This document shows positions 1 to 10,027 of a DNA stretch of 64,000 nucleotides, piece by piece. Position 1 is the first letter of the stretch. Every line of letters starts with the position of its first letter. The DNA comes from an uncultured Bdellovibrio sp. (GTDB lineage: Bacteria; Bdellovibrionota; Bdellovibrionia; Bdellovibrionales; Bdellovibrionaceae), in NCBI GenBank assembly GCA_963932905.1, contig CAWVRN010000012.1:1-64000 (forward strand), given 5' to 3'. Below the pieces are notes generated by a model. The model was not told the DNA's origin. It was given only the letters and a program-made list of their open reading frames with translations, and made no database searches. Both the position numbers and the translations under genes were made by a program.

Positions 1-54
1 CGGGTGGTACACTATGATGGAAATTTACTGGTACATGATGGCGGAAATTCGACA
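1..54. mobile_element. Terminal end of an IS21-family-like insertion sequence (rest lies outside the window)
   Basis: Reverse complement begins TGTCGAATTTCC. Two related 22-nt units (tggtacactatgatggaaattt 5-26; tggtacatgatggcggaaattc 29-50) recur with 24-nt period, as in IS21-family ends. It supplies the last 9 codons of the helicase ORF. Confidence 0.6.
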
Positions 55-3000
55 ATCTAGTACCCTTTTTCTCAAAATTCCATTTTCCGGCGGGACTTGG
101 GGAAGATCATTATTTATCTGTTCTCGAAGATTCACCAACATCTTTTTTAACTCCTGTTTGAAGCTGGTTAGCTTTGAAAAATCGATACGTTCACTTATAT
201 TTATCGCCTTTTTCTCCTGATTTCCCAAGATCGATTCAATTTTTCTAATAACTGATTCGATTTCACGACGCTCGTTACGAAACCAATCCGTCGACCATAT
301 TCTGTGAATCTTCCAACCAAGCTTTTCGAGATTCTCTTGTCTCAGGCGATCTCGGTCTCTTGCTGATTTTGAAGAATGGTAGGTGGCTCCGTCGCATTCA
401 ATGCCCAAAATAAATTCTCCAGGCTTAGTAGGATTTTGAATTCCAATATCCAAGTAATAACCCGCAACCCCTACTTGTGCTTTTACCATATAGCCTCGGC
501 GCTCTAACGCATTAGCTACAGACATCTCAAATGGACTGTCGAAACTTCGTCCCGTTTCTAAGATGGACGTCTTCAGTTCGCCGGTCTCTGCAAACTCCAG
601 AAAATCGCGTAGTGCGTTTGCTCCCCTCGAACTATTCGCAGGAATTAGTCCGGGTTCAAATGAACAGAAGACTTCCATTCGCTCCTTAGCTCGCGAAAAG
701 AGTACATTCAGTCTTCTATATCCATTTTTGCTGTTTATGGGTCCGAACCTCAAGTGGAACGCTCCAACTTTGTCTCGACCGTAAGTTACGGAAATAAAAA
801 TAACGTCCTTCTCGTCCCCTTGAACACTTTCAAGATTTTTAACAAAGAATTCTTCTGAAGTTCCTTCATCTCCATTTACAAACCTGGAGAGAATTGGATC
901 AGATTTACATTCATTATAAAGTAGATCATCGATAAGTTCCTTTTGAGCAATATTCATCGTTACCACCCCAAGAGACCGTCGCGAATGTCGATGCGCATGA
1001 TCCTTAACTGCTGAAACAACCGCTTGTGCTTCTATAAGATTCTTTCCGCTTCCCTCATAAATCCCGCTCGGAATCTTTCTCAATTTAACACCAAGATCTT
1101 CGTGTTTAGCAGTGGCAGAAGGAAAAAGTACTAAATCGTTGTCATAAAATTGCGAATTTGAAAAAGCTATTAGCGATTCGTGTTTGCTTCGATAGTGCCA
1201 GCGCAATCTTCTGGCTGGACGGAACGTACCCGCGGCTTGCTCCAAAATGCTCTCAAATTCTTCCTCTACGTCTTCTGAGTCCTCCATGTTAGAATCAAAG
1301 AATGAAGTTGGCGGAAGCTGTTTTGTATCGCCAACCACCACTACCTGTTTAGCACGAGCGATTGCGCCAAAAGCGTCTTCCGGTTTAATTTGCGACGCCT
1401 CGTCTATTACGACGAGATCAAAGTCAATTACCCCTGGGGGCAGAAACTGAGCTACTGTAAGCGGACTCATCATAAAGCATGGTTTAAGGGCCTGTAAAGC
1501 ATCTCCAGATCGCTTAACAAGCTGTCGAAGCGGAATGTGTCTTTGAACTTTTTCAACTTCTCGTTCAATTAAAGCCAATTGGGTCCAAGTACCTCTCTTT
1601 CCGGTAGAGTTTCCTTTAGGTACAATCTGTCTTGACAGCTGATATGCGATTTCAGTCCGATTTAAATTTATCAGTTCTTTGTCCAAAGTTCTAAATTTTT
1701 CCCGAACTAACTCATGGCGACCGCTATCAAAGTAACTAAGAGAATTGTTTTTCGCTATGTGATTATGTAAAACTGACCTATAAAAAATAAACTCGCAGAG
1801 TGTTCTTAGGCCATTTGGATTAGTAGGTATCTTAGTAATTTTTGGTATTACACTAGCGTAGATCGTGGAGTTTAACTTCTCACGAATTTCGACATAATTT
1901 TCGTATTCATAAAGAGTTTCTTTATTTTCAAGAGCTCGTTCGATAGCTTCTGCAAACTTGCAAAACCCGACAGCTTCGATATCAAATCTTAAAATTCCTA
2001 AGTCGTTACAAAACTTGAAGACCTCAAGCCGCGCATTTTGAATATCCGTTAGCTCCAATTCGAAAGTATTCAGGAAGGAGATTGTTTTAGGCGAGAAGAA
2101 TTGATTCTCTTCGGTTTCATTTATTTCGAAACCCTTTATTTTTTCTACATAAGCAATTAACGAATTCAATTCAGACAATAGCTTAACCGGTTCTGTTGTG
2201 GAAAAATGGAATCTTTCATAGGACTCGCTAGCGGAATCCACTTTAGTTTTTAATTCGCCATACTGAACTACTATTTCCAACGGTTCGCGAATGTCTGAGA
2301 GGCGATATTCCATCAACTTCGCAGTCAAATTCCACTTGAAAAATTTCTCAAGTTTTTCTTTCGTAATCGCTAAGCTTGTTATTAAAGAATTAGTTTCCAC
2401 AAATTTCGGGCGAGCAATTTTAAGTTGGATCAAACTTTTTTCCGAAGCCACAACCAGCTCAACGAAGCTAGGTGATACCTTCTCACAAATACCAAGACGT
2501 TTTAGTGTTGAGGGTACTAAGTCCTCAGAGGCGCCCATTTTACCAAACAAATTATGAATCTCTTTCAAATCACTGATTCTAACTAGTAGGTCGTGTAAAT
2601 TGGCGGTACTTATTTCCGACTGATGCTGGGCAAGTTTAATGAAAATTGGCTTCTGCTCAATTTCTGACTTAAATATTAAATATTGTCTAAGTTTGTTTAA
2701 TGCGACTGAGTTTTTAGAATAAGATAAATCCGAACTGTCGATCAAGTTCCGCTTCAACCAATCTCTTGCTTCGCTATATTTCTTAATAAATAGACAATTG
2801 AACCAATTGGCGCTTTGCAAATTATTTAATTTCTCGATAACCTGGTCCATATTGTATTCGAAAGTAGTACTTAGAAAAACCCCTTCAATGGAGTTCTTTA
2901 AATCGATATTTCGGTGTACCAAGTCAGACAATTCACGAACTGATATAGAGTCGGGCAAAAATAGTAAAGATTGTTCTAATTTTTCAGGATAGTTCCTAAC

Positions 3001-5307
3001 GAAGTTTTTTGACCTATCAATTAATTCCTCAAATATTCGAATGTTCTCAGACCCAAATTCCGCTTGGTTTAAAATATCGCAGTCGATTCCCTGAACTAGA
3101 CTGCTAATAAAAATTAGATCTTTAGTTAGATTGTCGACAACTCTATTTAAGCCGGATAGGTCAGAAATTTTCATTTCTGAATATTCAGGCATTTCCGAAC
3201 TAATTTGCTCGGAAAATGCTATATCTCCAGCGCTTACGTTCATTGGTATCAATTCGTTAAGTTTTTTGCGATCAGCAGCATTTCCAATTTTAATGAAATC
3301 AGACAATTTTCCAGAGAAGTCCTTAATAGCGACGAATTCTATACTCTCCAAAACTGATATATTTTCGGTCAAAAAGCCAATTCGAACAGATTTCGTATCA
3401 AGGATTACCTGAAGGTATAAGTCCAAATTGCGATGAAATCTTTCGCCTGTAACGTCATATTTTGCGCAATTCAAAACTTCCACGGTGGCTTCTAACTCAC
3501 CTATTTTAATATTTATCTTTTCTATTTCTTTGACGAGTGATTGATTTTTTAATTTAGAATATGAGTAAAGACCCTTTAACGCCCAAGGATGACGTTTTGG
3601 TTCACCATACTTCAACGTAATCTCACCTAGAAGAAACGAAAAATCCCTAACATAGTCCAATTCTCGTACAAATTTCAACTCATCAAAAACTTCAGGGACT
3701 TCTACTCTAGCGTCGAAAGACTCCACATTATCAAATCCAATATCTTCGAGAGTAGATTTTAATGAGGAATATTTTCCGACACACTGTAAATAAGATTCTC
3801 TCACTCCGGTCGGAACTTTACCAATGGTAGATACATAGTCGTTTACTAGATCCTTCGATTCTTCGAAATTAGTTCTTACCAAATGTATTTGGCCGGGAGA
3901 TTTAAAATTTGTAGTAATTCGTCGTTTCAAGGAGTCTAGAACAGTTCGCTTTTGAATTTTCGTGCTATGAAGTTCTAAGCAAAACTCTCCAAGCCCTGCT
4001 TCATCGAGACGTTTCTTTACAACCTTAAGTGCAGCTAACTTTTCAGCGATAAAAAGGACGTGTTTTCCTTCGCCGATAGCCGCTGCGATGATATTAGTGA
4101 TGGTTTGGCTCTTCCCAGTACCGGGGGGGCCTTCGATAACAACGCTCTTTCTCGCGAACACATCAACCATGGCACTATGCTGAGAGGAGTCGGCATCAAA
4201 TATTAAGCGCGGAAGCAACTTCGGACTTACTTTGTCGATAGGATGGTCATCAGCAAACCCTCCAGTTGATTCACTCGAAACATCCCCGATGCCAGTGACT
4301 AAATTGCGAATTAGCGGATGGTCACTAATTTTAGTTCCAGCCCAATTGTCAGGATCTAAATCACGATGCAGAACTAGCTTTCCAAAATTTAAAATACAAA
4401 GATTTACTTCAGATTTTACTTTCCACAATGGCTTAGCCTTTTTTATAATTTCCTCGACTAAGCTGAGATAGTTTTCCAATGAGTCAACGACAATACCCTC
4501 TTCGTCGGAAGCATCAAAATTCACTGTCGGAAAGTTTATTCCAAAATCTGACTTCATCTTTTCAATCAAAGAAATATTGGGTGTAGGGCCTTCGCTAGAA
4601 GATGAGATTACAAAGGAGTAGAACGGATCGCCAGTCTTGGGCTTGGTTCTTACTATCTCAACCGGTACAACAACAAGCGGCGAAATTCGTTTTTCTTGGC
4701 TAGTATCCGAATCCGAATATTCCAGTGCTCCGAAAGTTGCATGGAGCAAATTATTTCCGGTTTCCTCGATAGCTGATTTAGCCAGGCCATAGATTCTTGT
4801 AAGTGTTCGCTCTAATTCATCAGGATAAAGCAAGGTTTGAATGTCATTATCAACAAATGCTTTTGCAGTTTTTCCTTCGTGAGATTTATCCAACTCGAAA
4901 CTGGGATTAATCCCTAACTTCTCTGCATATTCTTTGATGGGAGGTCTAATCTTTGAAGGTACTTCGGTTTCTCTTGAGGGGTCACTTTTGTCTTTTACTT
5001 TTACGACTCCATCAACAAATTCCTTATCCTTAGGCTCCGGAACCGCGACAAAAGTTAAACTCGTATCATTTCTTAATTTCTCGAATAGAAAATGCGGAAT
5101 CTCGTTTACTACCCGAAGAGTTGATTTAGTACTGTATTTAAAATTTAGAAGTCTATTTCTATAGGTTAAATCGAGCAGTTTATTTTGTAGAGTTTTTAGG
5201 TATTTAGAAGTGGTCATTTCCACTAAGTTCTCGGTTTTTAAGGTTACTTTCTTTAAAGGAAATATATCAAGTAAACCAGTTGAAACTTCTCCCTGGCCTT
5301 TCGGCAC
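25..5307 (-). CDS. DUF4011 - SF1 (AAA_11/AAA_12) helicase - Vsr-like/DUF559 nuclease, Hhe-type anti-phage protein; C-terminus probably truncated (ATG at 5217 is the likelier start)
   Basis: N-terminal KLLDLTYRNRLLNF; Walker A GPPGTGKS; DEASQ; HYRS; VQGDEKD; RRLNVLFSRAK; FDSPFE...GIECDGATYHSSKSARDRDRLRQ...W.IHRIWSTDWF. Confidence 0.9.
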   Translation of the reverse strand: MPKGQGEVSTGLLDIFPLKKVTLKTENLVEMTTSKYLKTLQNKLLDLTYRNRLLNFKYSTKSTLRVVNEIPHFLFEKLRNDTSLTFVAVPEPKDKEFVDGVVKVKDKSDPSRETEVPSKIRPPIKEYAEKLGINPSFELDKSHEGKTAKAFVDNDIQTLLYPDELERTLTRIYGLAKSAIEETGNNLLHATFGALEYSDSDTSQEKRISPLVVVPVEIVRTKPKTGDPFYSFVISSSSEGPTPNISLIEKMKSDFGINFPTVNFDASDEEGIVVDSLENYLSLVEEIIKKAKPLWKVKSEVNLCILNFGKLVLHRDLDPDNWAGTKISDHPLIRNLVTGIGDVSSESTGGFADDHPIDKVSPKLLPRLIFDADSSQHSAMVDVFARKSVVIEGPPGTGKSQTITNIIAAAIGEGKHVLFIAEKLAALKVVKKRLDEAGLGEFCLELHSTKIQKRTVLDSLKRRITTNFKSPGQIHLVRTNFEESKDLVNDYVSTIGKVPTGVRESYLQCVGKYSSLKSTLEDIGFDNVESFDARVEVPEVFDELKFVRELDYVRDFSFLLGEITLKYGEPKRHPWALKGLYSYSKLKNQSLVKEIEKINIKIGELEATVEVLNCAKYDVTGERFHRNLDLYLQVILDTKSVRIGFLTENISVLESIEFVAIKDFSGKLSDFIKIGNAADRKKLNELIPMNVSAGDIAFSEQISSEMPEYSEMKISDLSGLNRVVDNLTKDLIFISSLVQGIDCDILNQAEFGSENIRIFEELIDRSKNFVRNYPEKLEQSLLFLPDSISVRELSDLVHRNIDLKNSIEGVFLSTTFEYNMDQVIEKLNNLQSANWFNCLFIKKYSEARDWLKRNLIDSSDLSYSKNSVALNKLRQYLIFKSEIEQKPIFIKLAQHQSEISTANLHDLLVRISDLKEIHNLFGKMGASEDLVPSTLKRLGICEKVSPSFVELVVASEKSLIQLKIARPKFVETNSLITSLAITKEKLEKFFKWNLTAKLMEYRLSDIREPLEIVVQYGELKTKVDSASESYERFHFSTTEPVKLLSELNSLIAYVEKIKGFEINETEENQFFSPKTISFLNTFELELTDIQNARLEVFKFCNDLGILRFDIEAVGFCKFAEAIERALENKETLYEYENYVEIREKLNSTIYASVIPKITKIPTNPNGLRTLCEFIFYRSVLHNHIAKNNSLSYFDSGRHELVREKFRTLDKELINLNRTEIAYQLSRQIVPKGNSTGKRGTWTQLALIEREVEKVQRHIPLRQLVKRSGDALQALKPCFMMSPLTVAQFLPPGVIDFDLVVIDEASQIKPEDAFGAIARAKQVVVVGDTKQLPPTSFFDSNMEDSEDVEEEFESILEQAAGTFRPARRLRWHYRSKHESLIAFSNSQFYDNDLVLFPSATAKHEDLGVKLRKIPSGIYEGSGKNLIEAQAVVSAVKDHAHRHSRRSLGVVTMNIAQKELIDDLLYNECKSDPILSRFVNGDEGTSEEFFVKNLESVQGDEKDVIFISVTYGRDKVGAFHLRFGPINSKNGYRRLNVLFSRAKERMEVFCSFEPGLIPANSSRGANALRDFLEFAETGELKTSILETGRSFDSPFEMSVANALERRGYMVKAQVGVAGYYLDIGIQNPTKPGEFILGIECDGATYHSSKSARDRDRLRQENLEKLGWKIHRIWSTDWFRNERREIESVIRKIESILGNQEKKAINISERIDFSKLTSFKQELKKMLVNLREQINNDLPQVPPENGILRKRVLDCRISAIMYQ

Positions 5308-5681
5308 TGATCAGAACAATCACTTCTCAAATTCCATTTAATTGGAACAATAAAAACTCACAAGGCAGAGCTATTTAAGGGAAAAAATTATCAACTTGAT
5401 ACACACAAAGATAAAGGTATGGTTTAAAATTTCTGGAAGTCTTTCGAAATCAAAATAGGAATTTGAAATAATTAAAACGAATGCAATTAAGAAATTCTGC
5501 AAGAAATATTCGTTCAGAGGAGGAAGCTTGGCTACGCTTTTCGGTGAACTTGATTGTCTTGAACCTGTTCGTGGGTTAATGACATCTGAAAAATACACTT
5601 CTATTCCGCAGAGACTCTTCAAAAAAGTAAAATTGAACTTTTGATTTTCGCGATCTATTTGTGCTGCTATCGAAAGATATA

Positions 5682-5709
5682 AGTCCGAGGCAAACCAATA
5701 CCTCGGACT
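5682..5709 (-). terminator. Stem-loop, probable terminator of 5717-6292
   Basis: agtccgagg (5682-5690) / cctcggact (5701-5709), perfect 9-bp stem just after the stop codon; weak T tail. Confidence 0.55.
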
Positions 5710-5716
5710 CTGCATA

Positions 5717-6292
5717 TTAACCATTAAATGGATTCCAGAAACCACTCTTCATAAACAAATACTTAATACGGCGTTGAGAGCGACCAGCCTCAGTTCTATC
5801 AAAAGTCTGAGAAGCACTCTTGCTCCCCCCGATAGTTATTTCATTTTTTTCAGCATCTGTATTAAGCTCTAAAATAAGCCGACCTTCCATCTGAATCTCT
5901 TGGTCAAACGTTAATGAACACTCTGAAACTAAATTTCCAGATAAAGGGCTATCAGTTTTCGGATTAGCCCAAGTATACTCGTTGACTACTAACTTCGTTT
6001 TACGATCGAACGTAGCAAGAAAATCCAAAAGCTCCCCAACATCCTGAAACTTAGTAGCTATTGGCCGCTCTGTCAGTTCCCTGGTTGAAGTCCCATTTAC
6101 TTCTGAAATATCCTCAGCAGCACTCTGGCCCAAAGCAGAAGCTGTATTCCAATCTTTAAATCCGAATACTTTCGCAAGCACTTCAAGCGAATGCCCATGT
6201 GGCAATTCGATTTTATGCTTTTCGAGCAATATCTGCCGAAGGTATTTCGCACGTTCTTTAATTTGTTGTTTTGACGGTTCTTTCACAGTCAC
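5717..6292 (-). CDS. 'Glyoxalase superfamily protein' N-terminal domain protein
   Basis: KERAKYLR...IELPHGHSLEVLAKVFGFKDWNT is the family's N-terminal signature; SD gggag upstream. Confidence 0.7.
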   Translation of the reverse strand: MTVKEPSKQQIKERAKYLRQILLEKHKIELPHGHSLEVLAKVFGFKDWNTASALGQSAAEDISEVNGTSTRELTERPIATKFQDVGELLDFLATFDRKTKLVVNEYTWANPKTDSPLSGNLVSECSLTFDQEIQMEGRLILELNTDAEKNEITIGGSKSASQTFDRTEAGRSQRRIKYLFMKSGFWNPFNG

Positions 6293-6691
6293 TCCCTTTT
6301 TGCAGGACTATATTGTTCTAGTGGTCGCCTTAAAGCACAGCCCTTAAAAGTTAGTGTTGAAAAAACTTAAAAGATTGTTATGGAAAATTCACCGTAGCAT
6401 TTCAGCCGCGACCGGCAGGCTTTCCTGGGCCCTTAGAAGTGATTAGCAAATCTTCGTTTTATTCGTCAAACGGTTCTATAATTGAATTGCATGGCGTTAA
6501 AACAGATTACTAGAAGTGACCACAATCTTCGGCCAATTTTCATCACCGAAGCAATTTTATCAAAACTATCGCTAAACCAATTGAATAATTGAAAGATTTT
6601 AAATATGAAAATGTAGAAAAGCCAAAACCTTAGTCCAGTTTCCAGCAATTGAAAGTACTAAATCAATTAACTTTAGTGTTAAGGTTCAATT

Positions 6692-6985
6692 ATGAATACG
6701 GTAAAAAAACAAATTGCGGAAATTATTAGAAAAAGAAGAATCGAATTGAACATGACCCAAGCTCAGGTGTCAGAACTGTTGGGGTATGATAGTTGCCAGT
6801 TTGTGAGTTCGATTGAAAGAGGACTAGCAAAATGTCCACTTCAAACTCTAGGTTCGCTATCCATTATTTTGGATATTCCGAAAGAGCGCTTTGTTTCAAT
6901 CTTGGTGACTGATTACAAGGATCGCCTATTTGACAGTTTAAATACTGGATCGAAGATGGTCAAAGCCACTCGAAAAGCTGGGTAG
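6692..6985 (+). CDS. XRE-family helix-turn-helix regulator
   Basis: IRKRRIELNMTQAQVSELLGY..QFVSSIERG. Confidence 0.85.
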   Translation: MNTVKKQIAEIIRKRRIELNMTQAQVSELLGYDSCQFVSSIERGLAKCPLQTLGSLSIILDIPKERFVSILVTDYKDRLFDSLNTGSKMVKATRKAG

Positions 6986-7128
6986 AGTGCTCCTTCAAAA
7001 GAATCCAAATCTACTTACTTGCGGTCCAAATTCCATTGAATCCACAGTAGGATGTGATTCCAAAGACAGAGAGTGATTGTAATGAATATTGCTTTTCATT
7101 ATTTTCGTTTGAAAAGCGAATTTGGAAC

Positions 7129-8538
7129 CTACATTCCAACCTTAAATATGAAAGATCCAAAATCGTTGTCTTTACCAACAATCGCTAACTTGGAATCACT
7201 AGTTAAAAATAGGTTTGCATAATAGATACGGCCAGTTTTTAAGTTGTTGGAAATTCCGGAAACACCAAATTTCGAATCAATGGTCCCATCGATGTTATAT
7301 CTCGTCAAAAAAACGGTACTATTAGAGCTAGTTGGAGATTTAATTCCAGCTACTACTATTTTCCCATCTGGCTGGATCAGCATAGATAATGACTCGTTGT
7401 TATATTCTGAAACCTTGTCACCCGCTCCACCCAAAACAAAACCGCTGCCTCCGGCAAAGGTTGTATCAAAAGTTCCATTCGCCGCAAGTCGCACAATTTG
7501 TATGGACCTTCCCAATGTCGAATCCCCATAGCCAGCCACAACGATTTTTCCATCCGTCTGAGCTGCCACATGCTTGCAGAAAAAGCTGAATGTATCTGGG
7601 ATTTTTAGAAACATCTTTCCCGATTGCCCAAAAGTCGTATCAAGTGAACCGTCGCTTAAGTACCTTGCGACAATACATGGGCTAAATGACGGGCCATTAG
7701 AAGCACCGATCACTATAATTTTTCCGTCGGATTGAATAGTTGCATCCCGAGGATAATCGCGGGAGTTGGACGTAAATGAAGTGGTGACCATACTAGAGTT
7801 TCCAAAACTATAGTCAGGGGTACCATCATTTTTAAATCTAGTTAAAAAAAATGAAGATGTAGCGGAAAAACCTGAAAAATAAACATCTCCGACAACAACT
7901 GTTTTTTCATCAGGCTGAACTAATACTTTCGAAATAGACAAATAACTTGTCGAATAGTCGATTAATACTTTTCCTTGAGTCCCGTATGCGTTGTCGACAC
8001 TTCCGTCTTGGTTGTACCGAACCAAAGCAATCTTTCCAATCGGAACAAGTGGCGTAAAGCTACCGGCTGCAATTAGCTTTAAATCTGATTGTACTGCAAA
8101 ATTCGACACGTTAGACTGTCCAGCTCCAAAACTAGTTTGGACGGTACCATTTGTTGACCCAAAAGATGAATCGACGGTACCCGAAATTGAAAATTTGCCG
8201 ACGGAAAACAGAGTATTGTTTCCGCTATTTGAGTACCCACCTAAAAAAATGTTTTCACCAACTAGTATGTTGGCCGTAAAAAGCTCATTACCAACAAATT
8301 TTACCCCAAAAGTCGTATCTAAATAACCGGCCTTAATACCACTACCTGGGCTCAAAGGACTATCTGTCACCATTGGCAATTTTGTAGAGGCTATTTCGTT
8401 AGAAGGACTTGATTCACTACAACCAATAGTCAAAGTAAAACAAAAAATTGGAATCAAAATCAATAAATATGAATCGGGTTTTATTTTATCGACACTCAAT
8501 ATAGTTGTATCGGAATTATAGTAATTAACATCAATCAA
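7129..8538 (-). CDS. Delta-60-repeat beta-propeller lipoprotein
   Basis: Lipobox-like LTIGC; repeated (Q.DGKIVVAG...RY..DG.LD.TFG..G) units. Start uncertain. Confidence 0.85.
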   Translation of the reverse strand: MIDVNYYNSDTTILSVDKIKPDSYLLILIPIFCFTLTIGCSESSPSNEIASTKLPMVTDSPLSPGSGIKAGYLDTTFGVKFVGNELFTANILVGENIFLGGYSNSGNNTLFSVGKFSISGTVDSSFGSTNGTVQTSFGAGQSNVSNFAVQSDLKLIAAGSFTPLVPIGKIALVRYNQDGSVDNAYGTQGKVLIDYSTSYLSISKVLVQPDEKTVVVGDVYFSGFSATSSFFLTRFKNDGTPDYSFGNSSMVTTSFTSNSRDYPRDATIQSDGKIIVIGASNGPSFSPCIVARYLSDGSLDTTFGQSGKMFLKIPDTFSFFCKHVAAQTDGKIVVAGYGDSTLGRSIQIVRLAANGTFDTTFAGGSGFVLGGAGDKVSEYNNESLSMLIQPDGKIVVAGIKSPTSSNSTVFLTRYNIDGTIDSKFGVSGISNNLKTGRIYYANLFLTSDSKLAIVGKDNDFGSFIFKVGM

Positions 8539-8874
8539 ATCCCTTTAACATCCGATCCAACCCCGTCTACGAAATGGCGTCTCGTAATGATAAAACCTAT
8601 TCAAGTAACGTAAATTTGGCTGAATAACAATCCCATATTGAATATGTGCGCACCCTATTTTTGATCTTCTCTCTTACAATCTACTCTCATTTCTAATTTG
8701 GGTCTCTCACTGGTGAGAGCATCTTCCCCTAGCATCAAAAATCATCGAACAATCTAAATTTACATGTCATTCTGAACACTTGATATTTTTTTTAGATTCA
8801 ATCGCGTCCAAGCAAAGCTCCTGGCACAAGATTGCTTTCAGTCCCTTCTATGAAACACATACGAAAGGAGGAAT

Positions 8875-9129
8875 ATGAACGGCTATTTAATACCGAAATT
8901 TAAAAAAGAAAGAAAAGAGATTCACGGACTAAACTTAGAAGACTGTGATTTCGTTTCCGATGACGAAGAAAATCCAAATCCAGTTACTACAACTCGAAAA
9001 TATCGATGCCATCGATGTGGAGCCACTACTCACATACATGGGAACGCCCCTTATTGTTCGGACTGCAATTGGGACTCACTAACGGATCTCACTTTTAGGA
9101 AGAACAATTGGAAAAAAACGATCTTATAA
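8875..9129 (+). CDS. Small zinc-ribbon protein
   Basis: Strong SD aaggagga; CHRC...CSDC. Confidence 0.7.
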   Translation: MNGYLIPKFKKERKEIHGLNLEDCDFVSDDEENPNPVTTTRKYRCHRCGATTHIHGNAPYCSDCNWDSLTDLTFRKNNWKKTIL

Positions 9130-9299
9130 ACAAAGCAATCCTAACCTTACTTAAAATAAAACTTAAACAATTAAGCACATTTAAAATGAAAAGTCGAAAC
9201 AGTACAAAATGGATCGCACTTGAAGACATGATGAAAAAAAACAAAGAACGACATCTATATCAGAACTTATTAGGAGACTACAAATATGAACCCACTTAA
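9108..9299 (+). CDS. Small basic hypothetical protein
   Basis: Overlaps both neighbours in the operon; TTG start with agga SD. Confidence 0.4.
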   Translation: MEKNDLINKAILTLLKIKLKQLSTFKMKSRNSTKWIALEDMMKKNKERHLYQNLLGDYKYEPT

Positions 9300-9711
9300 A
9301 GAAATTTTAGAAACACACATGGATAAAATGAAACCAATAAAACTTTATCGGTTTCAAATATTCACAAAAGACAATGAAAAAAATAAAACGGTAGGTATGG
9401 CGTACTTAAAGGAAGGGCAAGGTATATACACCCTTCGCCTTTGGACATTTTTAGAGTACAAGTACTTTCTTCTTCCGAGCAAAGAAGATTCTTCAAAATT
9501 TTTGCTCATGACAAGAGAACTGAACAAATCAGCCTCAGCAAAAAACAAATACTTTTGGAATATCGTCGGAAATGCCCATGTCATTGTTGAAAAAAATGTA
9601 ATTGAACTAAATTTCGATCTTTTTGAAAAGAAAATATATATGAGCATTTTTCCCGAAGAGACAACGAATTCGTTAAGACAGCCATCTTTGAAAACAATGG
9701 ACGAGGCTTAA
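9286..9711 (+). CDS. Hypothetical protein heading the transfer operon (weakly DUF736-like)
   Basis: SD aggag; two VG.A motifs (KTVGMAYL, NIVGNAHV). Confidence 0.6.
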   Translation: MNPLKEILETHMDKMKPIKLYRFQIFTKDNEKNKTVGMAYLKEGQGIYTLRLWTFLEYKYFLLPSKEDSSKFLLMTRELNKSASAKNKYFWNIVGNAHVIVEKNVIELNFDLFEKKIYMSIFPEETTNSLRQPSLKTMDEA

Positions 9712-9731
9712 AAGGTAAGGAGGACATTTTT

Positions 9732-10019
9732 ATGAATAAAAAGAATATGGTACTGACGATTGCAATTGCAACAGCAGTTGGCCTAATGATGCCGGAATTA
9801 GCACATGCTGGGTTAGAATCAAGCTTAACAGGCATTAAATCAAAACTCACAGGGGTTATCCTCCCGTTATTATCTGTAATCGGAATCGCGATTGCTGGTA
9901 TTTCTTTTTTTACGGGAAATCCAAACGCAAAACAGCACATTTTCTATTCGATCATCGGCTGCATAATTGGTTTCGGGGCACAAGGCATCGTTGACTTTAT
10001 TGCACAAACGGTTCGCTAG
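9732..10019 (+). CDS. virB2: TrbC/VirB2-family conjugative pilin
   Basis: Signal peptide ending AHA, two hydrophobic helices, first gene before VirB3/VirB4. Confidence 0.85.
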   Translation: MNKKNMVLTIAIATAVGLMMPELAHAGLESSLTGIKSKLTGVILPLLSVIGIAIAGISFFTGNPNAKQHIFYSIIGCIIGFGAQGIVDFIAQTVR

Positions 10020-10027
10020 GAGAAAAA

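Noticed and set aside
5371..5745. 124-aa minus-strand ORF
   Set aside because: Crosses a terminator hairpin, overlaps the upstream gene and has no recognisable motif; probably spurious.
8641..8660. atgtgcgcacc as a possible attL copy of the tRNA 3' end (atggtgcgccc)
   Set aside because: Match too short and gapped; the left junction is probably outside the window.
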